Positions 15,443-23,488 are shown, counted from the stretch's first letter. The stretch is DNA of 36,784 nucleotides from a virus (IMGVR_UViG_3300037419_000926:1-36784), one strand, 5' to 3'. Notes: generated from the sequence alone by a model not told the origin. Numbers and translations are program-made.

Positions 15443-16686
15443 GTGCCCGGGAGGACGCGACCCTCGATGATTCCCGCGTCAGCGTCGAGCGCCGCTGCGG
15501 GCCGACGCATCGCGGCCAGCCGCGACAGCGTGTCGGGCTGCACATCGTTGATGAGCCCGGCGTAGACGCTGATGGTGGTGTTGATCGACGCGTGCCCGAT
15601 GCGGGCCTGGATCTCGGGCAGGCTGGCGCCGGCCATGATGAGCCAGCCGACGTGTGTGTGCCGCAGCCAGTGCGGGGTCGGCTTGCGGCCGAGGTTGGCC
15701 GCCTCGACGGCGGGCCGCCAGTGCCGGTCGACGAAGTTCGAGTAGCGCCACTGCGACCCGCCGAGGCCGTTCTGCCGGCTGATCCCGGTCGTGAAGACGA
15801 GCCCGCCCGGCTTCGCGGCGGCGACCCTGCGGCGGACCATCGCGGCCGCCTCGGGGTCGAGCTCGATCCGGCGCAGCGACGCGTCGCCCTTGCCGTCCTC
15901 GACGTCGTGCAGCCGGTTGTCGGCGCCGCGGCGCATGACGTGCCGCATGTTCACCCAGAGCCGGTCGCCGTTGTCCTCGACGTCGTACGTCGTGAGCGCG
16001 ACGACCTCGGACCATCGCCAGCCCGACCCGTGCAGGAACAGCGCCAGGTCGGCGGCGTCCTCGTCGCCGAGGAGCAGCATCCGGTAGAGCGCGTCCCACT
16101 CGGCGGGGAGCATGCCCTTCGGCGGCTTCTTGCGCCGCTTCGGCAGGACGGTGTCGCGGCACGGGTCGTTCGTGATGCTGTGCGGCGGCCGCGCGGCCCA
16201 GCTGTAGACGCTGTGCAGCAGCGCGTGCCGGTCGCGGACGGTCTTCGGCTCGAGCGGCGTCCTGGTGTGGTCTTTCGGGTCGGTGGGCGCGCGTGTGCCG
16301 GCGAGCATGGCGGTGATCCACTCGTCGACGTCGGCATCGGTGACGCGGCCGGCCTGCTCGTGGCCGAACCAGGGCGAGACCCAGAGGCGCCAGTCGCGCC
16401 GGTAGTCGGCGATGGTGCGGTCGGATCGGACGCGTTTCGCCCCGGTCGTCTTCCACGCGATGAACCCGGCGAACAGCTCGTCGAGGGTGGGGGTCGTCTC
16501 GGTCTCCTCGTCGAGCATCCGCACGGCCCAATCGACGCCGCGCCGCGGGTCCTCGAGGTCGCGGCAGAACAAGAGCGCCTTGCGCTCAGTGGCGAACGGC
16601 CGCGACGTGTTCCGGCCGTGGTGCCGGAACCGGACGTGCCACGTCTTCGTGCCGTTGCGCGCGACGTACAGCTTCGGGGTCGGCAT
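15424..16686 (-). CDS. int: Tyrosine integrase
   Basis: N-terminal arm-binding-like domain (WHVRFR). Catalytic residues R (GWRWSE), K (GKG), HWLRH, GH and Y (SVYAG). Confidence 0.95.
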   Translation of the reverse strand: MPTPKLYVARNGTKTWHVRFRHHGRNTSRPFATERKALLFCRDLEDPRRGVDWAVRMLDEETETTPTLDELFAGFIAWKTTGAKRVRSDRTIADYRRDWRLWVSPWFGHEQAGRVTDADVDEWITAMLAGTRAPTDPKDHTRTPLEPKTVRDRHALLHSVYSWAARPPHSITNDPCRDTVLPKRRKKPPKGMLPAEWDALYRMLLLGDEDAADLALFLHGSGWRWSEVVALTTYDVEDNGDRLWVNMRHVMRRGADNRLHDVEDGKGDASLRRIELDPEAAAMVRRRVAAAKPGGLVFTTGISRQNGLGGSQWRYSNFVDRHWRPAVEAANLGRKPTPHWLRHTHVGWLIMAGASLPEIQARIGHASINTTISVYAGLINDVQPDTLSRLAAMRRPAAALDADAGIIEGRVLPGTYAAGG

Positions 16687-16688
16687 GG

Positions 16689-16961
16689 TCAGCCCTCGGC
16701 GGCGCGACGCCGCTCGTTCGGTGTGCGTAGCCGGATCTCCCAGACCTCGGCGACCGCGCCGTCGTCGCGAACCTCGAACCGTCCGGTCGGCTCGGCGACC
16801 GCCTGGCCGATGGTCGGGTCGGCTGCGACTCGGTCGGCGCCGGCAGGCGGGCCGACGGGCACGTCGCGCCGGTCGAGCCAGAGGCCCTCGTGACGCTCGG
16901 AGCGGTACTCCTCGGGAACGTCGAGGCCGTGCCGCAGCACGACGTAGTCAGGTGTGCTCAC
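16689..16961 (-). CDS. Hypothetical protein
   Basis: GTGA-coupled to the DUF6221-like gene and ends 2 bp before the int ATG. Confidence 0.6.
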   Translation of the reverse strand: MSTPDYVVLRHGLDVPEEYRSERHEGLWLDRRDVPVGPPAGADRVAADPTIGQAVAEPTGRFEVRDDGAVAEVWEIRLRTPNERRRAAEG

Positions 16962-17356
16962 GGCCGCCGCCACTCGGGCCGGTAGTCCGGGTGGTCGGCG
17001 TAGACGCTCGCGAGGTGGCGCAGCGCGAAGTCGAGCGCCTCGACCTGGCCGGCGTGCCATCGGTCGGAGATCCCCGCGTGCCGGCGCGCCTCGAACAGGT
17101 CGAGGATGGCGCGCTTCGCGGCGAGCTCGCGCTGCTCGCGGCCGTGCGCGGTCGCGAGGTGCTCGTGCCACGCCTCCTCGGTGGCGACCTCGGTCCCGTC
17201 GTGCATGTACTGGCCGCACAGGTCGCACTCGATGCCGCGCGAGCCCCAACCGGGGCCGCGTGCGCTGTCGGTGCAGCGCCACTCGGGCACGTCGAGCCGA
17301 CGCGCCTCGTCGTCGAGCCGCGCTGCCAGGAACGCGGCGATCTTCGGTGTACTCAT
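16958..17356 (-). CDS. DUF6221-like protein with inserted CxxC..H..H motif
   Basis: AFLAARLDDE...RELAAKRAIL...LRHLASVYADHPDYRPEWR matches the DUF6221 pattern. Confidence 0.78.
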   Translation of the reverse strand: MSTPKIAAFLAARLDDEARRLDVPEWRCTDSARGPGWGSRGIECDLCGQYMHDGTEVATEEAWHEHLATAHGREQRELAAKRAILDLFEARRHAGISDRWHAGQVEALDFALRHLASVYADHPDYRPEWRRP

Positions 17357-17370
17357 GTTCCCGATGTTAC
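17357..17370 (-). promoter_or_regulatory. Leaderless -10 (TAACAT) overlapped by operator-like GTTCCCGATGTTAC
   Basis: The minus strand reads TAACAT-cgggaac-ATG, and the same bases form a copy of the 14-bp motif. Confidence 0.55.
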
Positions 17371-17377
17371 GGGTCGA

Positions 17378-17574
17378 GTGTGTACATGGTGTGTATATGA
17401 GTGATCCCCGCACGAGATTCGTGCGGGGATCGTTGGGTGAGTGACGGGACTTGAACCCGCTCGGGTAGGTTCCGGGCCATGCGGAGAATCGACGTTTCCG
17501 CAGGTCAGAGGCCCTTTTCGACCCGGACTCCATGTGTGTCTGTAAGCGCCTGTCTGCGTCCTTGTGTGTATATG
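17378..17574. mobile_element. attP: attP region: core 17435-17460 matching a tRNA 3' end (probably tRNA-His), flanked by arm-type repeats
   Basis: Minus strand GCGGGTTCAAGTCCCGTCACTCACCC resembles the T-arm and acceptor strand of actinobacterial tRNA-His. GTGTGTAYATG occurs at 17378, 17389 and 17564. Confidence 0.8.
17403..17431 (-). terminator. Hairpin directly downstream of the tRNA-like att core
   Basis: GATCCCCGCACGA-gat-TCGTGCGGGGATC perfect 13-bp stem. Confidence 0.75.
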
Positions 17575-17667
17575 TGCGCAGCCCGTGCGGGCACGACAAA
17601 GAGCACCGCCCGCCGCGTCCCCCGGAGCCACCGAAGAGGACACGACGAGCGGTGAGTGTGTGAGCCG

Positions 17668-17835
17668 TCAGCGGACGGAGCCGAACGGCGAGGCGTCGAG
17701 CGACAGCACCTCGGACAGCCACAGCGCGGCCGACGTGACGCCGGCGAGCAGCAGGTAGACGACGAGCGCGGCCAGGGCGAAGGCGAGCACGACGTGCCCG
17801 CCGACGACCGTCACGCCGTCTTGGCGCGCATCCAT
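17668..17835 (-). CDS. Small membrane protein
   Basis: Long hydrophobic segment VVLAFALAALVVYLLLAGVTSAALWL, following the esterase. Confidence 0.5.
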   Translation of the reverse strand: MDARQDGVTVVGGHVVLAFALAALVVYLLLAGVTSAALWLSEVLSLDASPFGSVR

Positions 17836-18815
17836 GACACGAGCTCGGGCCACTGCGAGCCTCCCGGCCGGATCGACGGCGGGACGTGCCCTTCGCCCTG
17901 GCCGATGTAGGTCGTCACGTCGACGCCGTGCTGCTGCAGGGTGCCCGTGAACGCGGGGATCGTCTGGCTCGGCAGGTTCGGGTCGTCCGACCCGCCCGCC
18001 AGGTAGAACGCGGCGTGCTGCGTGTCGGCCACCCAGGCGGCCGGCGTGAACGTCTTCCACGTCGCGATGCACTCGGGCCAGTCGGGCCGCGAGCAGCCCG
18101 TGATCGCGTACTCGTAGCCGAGCAGGTCGACCATGTTTGTGGTCGGCTGGTCGCCGTCCTTGCCGCCGAGCCGCACGACGTCGCGCAGCCGGTCCGGCTC
18201 GAGGACGCCCGAGATCGACGCGACGGCGCGGCTGCTGTTGTAGTACGCCTGCGCGAGCGCGGCGAGGTGCCCGCCGGCGCTCACGCCGTAGACCGCCCCA
18301 CGGTTCGGGTCGATGCCGAACGTCGCGGCGTGCGCCTTGATGTAGCGGACGCCGAGCTCGACGTCGATCCGGGCAGCTGGCCATGCGCCGCCGGGCTGCG
18401 CCTTCCCGTAGGCGTCGAACGGACGGCGATACTCGAGGTTGAAGACGGCGAAGCCCTCAGCGTTCCACGCGGCCGCGTCGCGCGCGGTCGTGGTCTTCGT
18501 GCCGTTCACCCAGGAGCCGCCGTGCACGACGACGACCCAGGGGCGGCCGCCGCCGACCGGCACGGGGTCGACGTAGGCGTCGAGGATCTGGCGCGCGTTC
18601 GACCCGTAGGCGTACGTCGTCGGCGAGGTGTCGACGGCGACCGTCTTCGGTGCTGCGGCCTGCACTCGCGTCGTAATCCTCGCCGCGGCCGCCGAGGCGG
18701 TGCAGGTCGAGCCGCCGCTGATGGTGCGGCACGTCGCGGCAGGCGCGGATGACGTCGGAGAGACGAGCGCCAGGACGGCGGCGGCGATGCTGAGATGCGC
18801 GATGAGACGACGCAT
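17811..18815 (-). CDS. Secreted alpha/beta-hydrolase (HSL-like esterase/lipase)
   Basis: Signal peptide MRRLIAHLSIAAAVLALV...AAA, oxyanion motif VHGGSW, nucleophile GVSAGG, and probable Asp (GSDDP) and His (GEGH). Confidence 0.85.
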   Translation of the reverse strand: MRRLIAHLSIAAAVLALVSPTSSAPAATCRTISGGSTCTASAAAARITTRVQAAAPKTVAVDTSPTTYAYGSNARQILDAYVDPVPVGGGRPWVVVVHGGSWVNGTKTTTARDAAAWNAEGFAVFNLEYRRPFDAYGKAQPGGAWPAARIDVELGVRYIKAHAATFGIDPNRGAVYGVSAGGHLAALAQAYYNSSRAVASISGVLEPDRLRDVVRLGGKDGDQPTTNMVDLLGYEYAITGCSRPDWPECIATWKTFTPAAWVADTQHAAFYLAGGSDDPNLPSQTIPAFTGTLQQHGVDVTTYIGQGEGHVPPSIRPGGSQWPELVSWMRAKTA

Positions 18816-18844
18816 GACGGGGGCTCCTTGCATGAGGGTGTGCG

Positions 18845-18929
18845 CTTCCCGAAGATCCGGGCGGCGCTCCTCAGTATCCCGAGGATGCGGTTCTGATACA
18901 TCGGAACCGTCGGAAGTTCCCGAGATCAC
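18845..18929. promoter_or_regulatory. Cluster of operator-like sites in the esterase/lipoprotein divergent gap
   Basis: CTTCCCGAAGATCC (18845), TATCCCGAGGATGC (18875) and GTTCCCGAGATCAC (18916). Shares GAAGTTCCCGA with the cro region. Confidence 0.5.
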
Positions 18930-18996
18930 TAGATTCGCCGAGGCGAGTCTGCAAGTTCGGGCGTATCAGGCTCCCGCGTGCCTCACACTGTCGGTC

Positions 18997-19359
18997 ATGA
19001 GGACCCTCACACTCGCCGCCGCGGCCCTCGTCGGCGTCACCCTGGCCGGCTGCTCGTCAGCGAGCCCGGCGCCCGTTGCGTCACCATCGGCGTCCCGCAG
19101 CCTCTCGCGGGCCGACGTCGATGGCGTCTACCTGGACATGGCTCGCCCGCTCGCGCCAGACGTGCCCGACGCGAACCTGCTCGACGTGCGCGACCACTTC
19201 TGCCAGGTGCTCGACGAGGACCCGCGAGAGGGGAAGTACCTCGTCGCCGTCGCCGCCATGATGAAACAGCCCGTGTTCGCGGATCACGCCGGCGAGCTGG
19301 CCGGGCTGATGGTCGGATCGGGCTGCCCGCAGCACGCCGACCTCGTGCCGGGCCGGTAG
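18997..19359 (+). CDS. Lipoprotein (DUF732-like C...CP pattern)
   Basis: Signal peptide with lipobox LAGC, Ser/Pro linker and two further Cys (HFCQ, GCPQH). Oriented against the late operon. Confidence 0.8.
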   Translation: MRTLTLAAAALVGVTLAGCSSASPAPVASPSASRSLSRADVDGVYLDMARPLAPDVPDANLLDVRDHFCQVLDEDPREGKYLVAVAAMMKQPVFADHAGELAGLMVGSGCPQHADLVPGR

Positions 19360-19367
19360 GTCGGGCC

Positions 19368-19472
19368 CTACCTCGGGGGCCGCGCCCACCGCAGGAAGAC
19401 GCCGCCCCAATACCCGAACCGGGCGACCCACGGCCCGAGCCGGCGCAGCAGCTCGAGGAGCCGCGCGATCAT
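19368..19472 (-). CDS. 34-aa cationic amphipathic peptide (not in ORF track)
   Basis: ATGA-coupled to the upstream gene. Sequence MIARLLELLRRLGPWVARFGYWGGVFLRWARPPR. Confidence 0.45.
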   Translation of the reverse strand: MIARLLELLRRLGPWVARFGYWGGVFLRWARPPR

Positions 19473-19741
19473 CGCTCGGCGACGAGGATCGTCAGGGTGC
19501 GGTCGTCCTCGCGGCCCTGGCTCGTGACGATGTGATTCACGATGTCGTAGCGGGTGCCGACGGTGCCGCCGCCGAGCCAGATCGTCGCGACGCCGTTCGC
19601 GAACGACGGGTCCGGCGTGATCTGGTCAATGCCGGCCGGCACGGTCCACGTCGACGCGGTGATGGTCTCGCCGGCCTGCAGCCAGGTCGACCAATCGACG
19701 GCATAGTCGAGCTTCGCCTGCGGGTCCTTCTCGATGGTCAT
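19469..19741 (-). CDS. Small virion fibre-adaptor-like protein
   Basis: KDPQAKLDYAVDWSTWL..GETITASTW...GREDDRTL, a pattern recalled from small Ig-like proteins next to fibre genes. Confidence 0.7.
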   Translation of the reverse strand: MTIEKDPQAKLDYAVDWSTWLQAGETITASTWTVPAGIDQITPDPSFANGVATIWLGGGTVGTRYDIVNHIVTSQGREDDRTLTILVAER

Positions 19742-21186
19742 CGGTGCTCTCCTCGCGCGCTGATGGTGCGGTTCTCGACGTGGACGCGTCGCGTCCGGTC
19801 CTCGGTGGCGGCGACGAGGACGCGGTCCTCGGCAGCGACCATGCGTGCCCGAGCCTCCTGCTCGACGACGAGCGTCCGGCTCGCCGGCACGGGCAGGACG
19901 ACGAGCGGTGGGATGCGCAGCGCCGTGCTCGTCTCGACGGCGACGCCGAGGCCGCCGGCCTTCGCCCGCGCGACGACGAGGGCAACCTCGAGCGTGCCCG
20001 GCAGCCCGACCGTGCGCGTCTTCGCGAGGCCGAGCTGCTGGGATGACGACACCTCAAGCGGCAGGCCCAGGGTGACCGTCTTCGCGCCGGCGAGTGCGAA
20101 CGCTGTCGAGCCGCCGGCCGGCTGGCCGAGGCCCCTCGTCTTCGCCGGCGTGAGCTGCTGCGTGGACGCGGTCTCGGCCGGCTGGCCGAGCGTCTTGGTG
20201 ACCGGTGCGCCGCCGGTCGACACGGTGAGCGCGAGTCCGCCGTCGGTCTCGACGGGCAGCCCGAGGGTGACGGTCTTCGCCGGCGCGAGCGCCGAGCTCG
20301 TCGCCGCGCTGGCCGGCTGGCCGACCGTCAGCGTCTTGCTCGATGCGAGCGGCGCGGACGTGTCGGGCTCGACGGGCTGCCCGGTCGCCCTGACCTTGCT
20401 CACGCCCACGGGAGCGGCTGTGTCGCCCTCGAGCGGCTGCCCGACGCTGTCTGTCTTCGCGGCAGTCAGGGCCGCCGAGGTGTCTGTCTCGGCTGGCTGT
20501 CCGAGGTTGACGGTGACCGGGCCCGACGCGGCCGCCGGGTTCAGGTAGAGCAGGCCGCCGACGCCGTGCGTCTCGGAGAACGACGCCGTCGCCGTGTAGT
20601 CATGCAACGCCGCCGTCACGGCGGCGTTGCTGTCGGCGATCTCGCCGCCGGTCCATATGCCCGATGAGGCGGCGCTGTTGTTCCCGTCGCGGCGCTCGAC
20701 GAGCGCCGGGTCGGGCGTGAACGTGATGGCCTTCTGTGACGCCGTCGACGAGCGGGACGCGAAGAAGGCGAGCGCCCACGAGGTCGCGTCGGTGTTCGTG
20801 ACCGACGGCGTCGGGATAGCCGTCCCCGAGGTGTTCTTCTTGAGCAGGTTCCCGGCGGTCGTCGCCGCCTGGTAAGGCGTCGTCGAGTCGAGCCCGGTGT
20901 AGCTCTGCCACTGATGCGAGCCCTTCGCCGAGCCCGACGGCGTGACGGTGAACGTCGTATCGCCGGCGACCTTGCGCCGGTAGAGGATGACGCACGTCAT
21001 CGTCGAGTCGGTCGACAGGGGCCCGATCTGCGTCCATCCGGTCGCGGTGAAGGTGCAGTTAAGTAGGCCCCACTGCACCCACACGAACACGTCGGAGCCG
21101 TCGGCCGCCGACGTGATGTCGATCGTGAACGAAGTCGTCGCGGCAGTGACAGCACCGCCGCCGCCAGAGTCAGGAGTGATCGCCAC
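19738..21186 (-). CDS. Fibre-like virion protein with ~20-aa repeats
   Basis: Thr/Ser/Gly-rich beta-type N-terminal domain followed by about ten G(Q/L)PxE repeats. Confidence 0.7.
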   Translation of the reverse strand: MAITPDSGGGGAVTAATTSFTIDITSAADGSDVFVWVQWGLLNCTFTATGWTQIGPLSTDSTMTCVILYRRKVAGDTTFTVTPSGSAKGSHQWQSYTGLDSTTPYQAATTAGNLLKKNTSGTAIPTPSVTNTDATSWALAFFASRSSTASQKAITFTPDPALVERRDGNNSAASSGIWTGGEIADSNAAVTAALHDYTATASFSETHGVGGLLYLNPAAASGPVTVNLGQPAETDTSAALTAAKTDSVGQPLEGDTAAPVGVSKVRATGQPVEPDTSAPLASSKTLTVGQPASAATSSALAPAKTVTLGLPVETDGGLALTVSTGGAPVTKTLGQPAETASTQQLTPAKTRGLGQPAGGSTAFALAGAKTVTLGLPLEVSSSQQLGLAKTRTVGLPGTLEVALVVARAKAGGLGVAVETSTALRIPPLVVLPVPASRTLVVEQEARARMVAAEDRVLVAATEDRTRRVHVENRTISARGEHR

Positions 21187-21203
21187 GGGTCACCGCCCTC
21201 GCG

Positions 21204-21461
21204 TCAGTAGTAGCCGAGCTCGGCGACGTCGCCGGCCCGTGGCGCGTTCCCGCGGAACGTCTGCGTGAACGTCGCCGACGGGTCTATGGCCGGCGTCTTG
21301 ACGATGCCGCCCTGGTAACGGGCCCACGCGACGAGCGGGCGGTCGACGCGACGGTTCGTCACGTCGACGCGCCCGATCGCGCCATCGGCCCTCGACAGGT
21401 CGACCCACGCCACGAGCAGGCAGTCGGGATCGTCGACCATGTTCGTGGCCGTGAGCGCCAC
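21204..21461 (-). CDS. Hypothetical protein in the fibre module
   Basis: 85-aa ORF tiling between two structural-looking genes. Confidence 0.55.
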   Translation of the reverse strand: MALTATNMVDDPDCLLVAWVDLSRADGAIGRVDVTNRRVDRPLVAWARYQGGIVKTPAIDPSATFTQTFRGNAPRAGDVAELGYY

Positions 21462-21462
21462 G

Positions 21463-21924
21463 TCAGGATGCCCGGCCGATGCCTGCCGCGTTGAACGAGA
21501 TCGTCGTCGCGACGCCCACGTCGAACGACACCGCGCAGTCGTAGTAGAACAGCGGCACGAGGGTGCTGTCGGTGCCGGTCGTGGTGTCGGGGTCGTAGAC
21601 GATGACGGCCTTCCCGCACGCCTCGGCCGCGCCGCCCGTGTTGGTGAACGACGCCGGGTCGGCGGCGTCGATGTCGACGCGGTTGTTCGTGTCGTCGACC
21701 GTGACCGTGACCGAGCCGAGCGTGCGCCGGGCGTAGCCGGTGAACGTCATCTCGTCGTTGGCGGCCGCGAGGAGCGCAGCGAGGTCGTCGTAGTTGTTGA
21801 GGGTGTCGTCGGCCTCGAGCCCGGCGCTCTTGAGCAGCACGAGGATGAGGGCGTCGTTCGTGGCGGGGAGCCCGGCGTAGTACGCGATCTTCCCCTTGGC
21901 GATGTTGAACACTCCGTCGGCCAT
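21463..21924 (-). CDS. Putative virion structural protein
   Basis: MADGVFNIAKG...TGYARRTL..VTVTVDDTNNRVDIDAAD, beta-rich, with GAGGAG SD. Confidence 0.7.
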   Translation of the reverse strand: MADGVFNIAKGKIAYYAGLPATNDALILVLLKSAGLEADDTLNNYDDLAALLAAANDEMTFTGYARRTLGSVTVTVDDTNNRVDIDAADPASFTNTGGAAEACGKAVIVYDPDTTTGTDSTLVPLFYYDCAVSFDVGVATTISFNAAGIGRAS

Positions 21925-21928
21925 CGGT

Positions 21929-22222
21929 TCACTCCTCTCCGGGCAGCTGCTCGCCGCCGGTCGTCTTCGAGGGCGGGTCGGGCGCCAGGAACGGCAGGAA
22001 CCGCTCGAGCAGCGCGTTCACGCGGGGGATCGCCATCACGCGCGTGATGCCAGCGGCGATGACGAGGGCGCCGCCGACTGCGCCGGTCGCCTTCGCCGGG
22101 TCGTCGTTCGTGGCGGCGCTGTAGATGACGGGCGCCATCGCGGCGAGCGCGATGACGGCCTGGAAGACGGTGCGGACGACCGCGCGCCAGGGGCGGCGGA
22201 CCTGCGTCGGGGTGGTGCTCAT
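21929..22222 (-). CDS. Holin
   Basis: PWRAVVRTVFQ, two transmembrane helices and ITRVMAIPRVNALL. Lies downstream of the lysin, with GAAAGGA SD. Confidence 0.8.
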   Translation of the reverse strand: MSTTPTQVRRPWRAVVRTVFQAVIALAAMAPVIYSAATNDDPAKATGAVGGALVIAAGITRVMAIPRVNALLERFLPFLAPDPPSKTTGGEQLPGEE

Positions 22223-22350
22223 GGGGTTCCTTTCGGGCGGGTGAAGTAGAGGGCGAGCGCCAGACCTGACGCACCGCCGAGGACAGCGCCAGCAGCCACG
22301 ACCGCCCACGCGAGGTAGCGCGCGACCGGTGCGAGCTGCTGCAGGGTCAT
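22219..22350 (-). CDS. 43-aa membrane peptide between lysin and holin
   Basis: ATGA overlaps on both sides and a single hydrophobic helix. Confidence 0.55.
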   Translation of the reverse strand: MTLQQLAPVARYLAWAVVAAGAVLGGASGLALALYFTRPKGTP

Positions 22351-23414
22351 GGCGTGACGGCTGCGGCCGTGAGCCGTGCGATCTCGGCCTCGAGCCGCTC
22401 GACGTCGGCCAGGGTGACGACGTCGAGGGCGACGTTCGGCGCGTAGTCGATGGCGTACTTCTTGCCGTCGGTCGGGTAGAAACGGGCCCGGTAGACGATG
22501 TCCGCGCCGGGCGTCGACGTGACCGAGGCGCGGCCGTTGCTTGAGGGCTGGTCGCTGCCGAACTGCGACCATGTGTTCTTCCCGGGGTAGGACCAGTCGA
22601 ACCGGAACACGCCCGGCACGGCCGGCGACACCGCCGCGGTGACGGTGACCGGCTCGTGGGACGTGATCCGCGGGGCCGACAGGGTGACCGTGCACGTCGT
22701 CGGCTGCGGCGGCGCCGCCTGCTCGGTCCGCGCCGGCGCGGCCGCCCAGGAACGCAACAGCGCGTTGACCTCGCGGCGGCCCGAGCCGTCCTTCGCGATG
22801 CCGACCGGGTCAGACCGGGTCGTGGTGAGCTCGCGGTGCATCGCGATGCTGCCGCCCGAGTAGCCGGCGGACGGGCCGCCGAGCATCTCGAGGATGGCCG
22901 CCGAGGCGAGCACGAGCGTCTTGCGCTGTGTCGCGTTGACGCTCGTCCCGCACACCTCGAAGCCGAGGTAGAACGGGTTGATCGGGACCGTCCCTGACGA
23001 CTTGATGTTCGTCGTCGGGGTGCGCTCACTGTTGAGCGGCATCGCGTCGGAGCGCAGCAGCGCCTCGGTCTTCGGGTCGCCGGGGCCAGCGTGCGTGCAC
23101 GCGCCCCAGCCGATGAGCACGACCGTGCCGTCGATGGTGATCGCACCCAGGCACAGCGGGCCCGGCTTGCCGCTGTACGGCCCGTCGCCCGTGTAGAGGT
23201 AGGACAGCTGCGCCTTCTCTGATGCGGTCATCGCGGTGTTATGCCAGACGAGCCCGCGGATCGGGCCGAACCCGCCCGGGGTTGCGCCAGCGTTCGCGCC
23301 CGCAAAGTTCCGGTTGTGGGTGAGGAAGTCGGCCTTGTCCTTGTAGAAACGGAAGCGGACGCCGCGCTTCGTGAACGCGCGCAGCAGGTCGTCGGCGGTG
23401 ATGGATGTCGTCAT
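22347..23414 (-). CDS. Endolysin, N-acetylmuramoyl-L-alanine amidase (Amidase_2-like) with C-terminal Ig-like domain
   Basis: GLVWHNT, PGPLC, HAG, LGFEV, MHRE and RSDP amidase motifs. GAAGGAG SD upstream. Confidence 0.85.
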   Translation of the reverse strand: MTTSITADDLLRAFTKRGVRFRFYKDKADFLTHNRNFAGANAGATPGGFGPIRGLVWHNTAMTASEKAQLSYLYTGDGPYSGKPGPLCLGAITIDGTVVLIGWGACTHAGPGDPKTEALLRSDAMPLNSERTPTTNIKSSGTVPINPFYLGFEVCGTSVNATQRKTLVLASAAILEMLGGPSAGYSGGSIAMHRELTTTRSDPVGIAKDGSGRREVNALLRSWAAAPARTEQAAPPQPTTCTVTLSAPRITSHEPVTVTAAVSPAVPGVFRFDWSYPGKNTWSQFGSDQPSSNGRASVTSTPGADIVYRARFYPTDGKKYAIDYAPNVALDVVTLADVERLEAEIARLTAAAVTP

Positions 23415-23439
23415 GCGTGGATCTCCTTCGGGGAACGCA

Positions 23440-23467
23440 GAAGACCCCGCCGGGCGGCGAGGTCTTC
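23440..23467 (-). terminator. Hairpin upstream of the endolysin
   Basis: Minus strand GAAGACCUCGCCG-CC-CGGCGGGGUCUUC followed by UGCGUU. Confidence 0.6.
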
Positions 23468-23488
23468 GGGGAGGGTTTTGGCGACGCG

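Noticed and set aside
17434-17460. A phage tRNA gene
   Set aside because: Only the T-arm and acceptor 3' strand are present, with no D-arm or anticodon arm. It is better read as the att core.
14675-17460. Integration-dependent immunity (attP inside the repressor gene)
   Set aside because: The att core is about 2.4 kb from cI and lies in an intergenic region.
17811-18815. Esterase as mycobacteriophage-type LysB
   Set aside because: It has a signal peptide and HSL-like HGG motif, and it lies outside the lysis cassette with its own upstream region.
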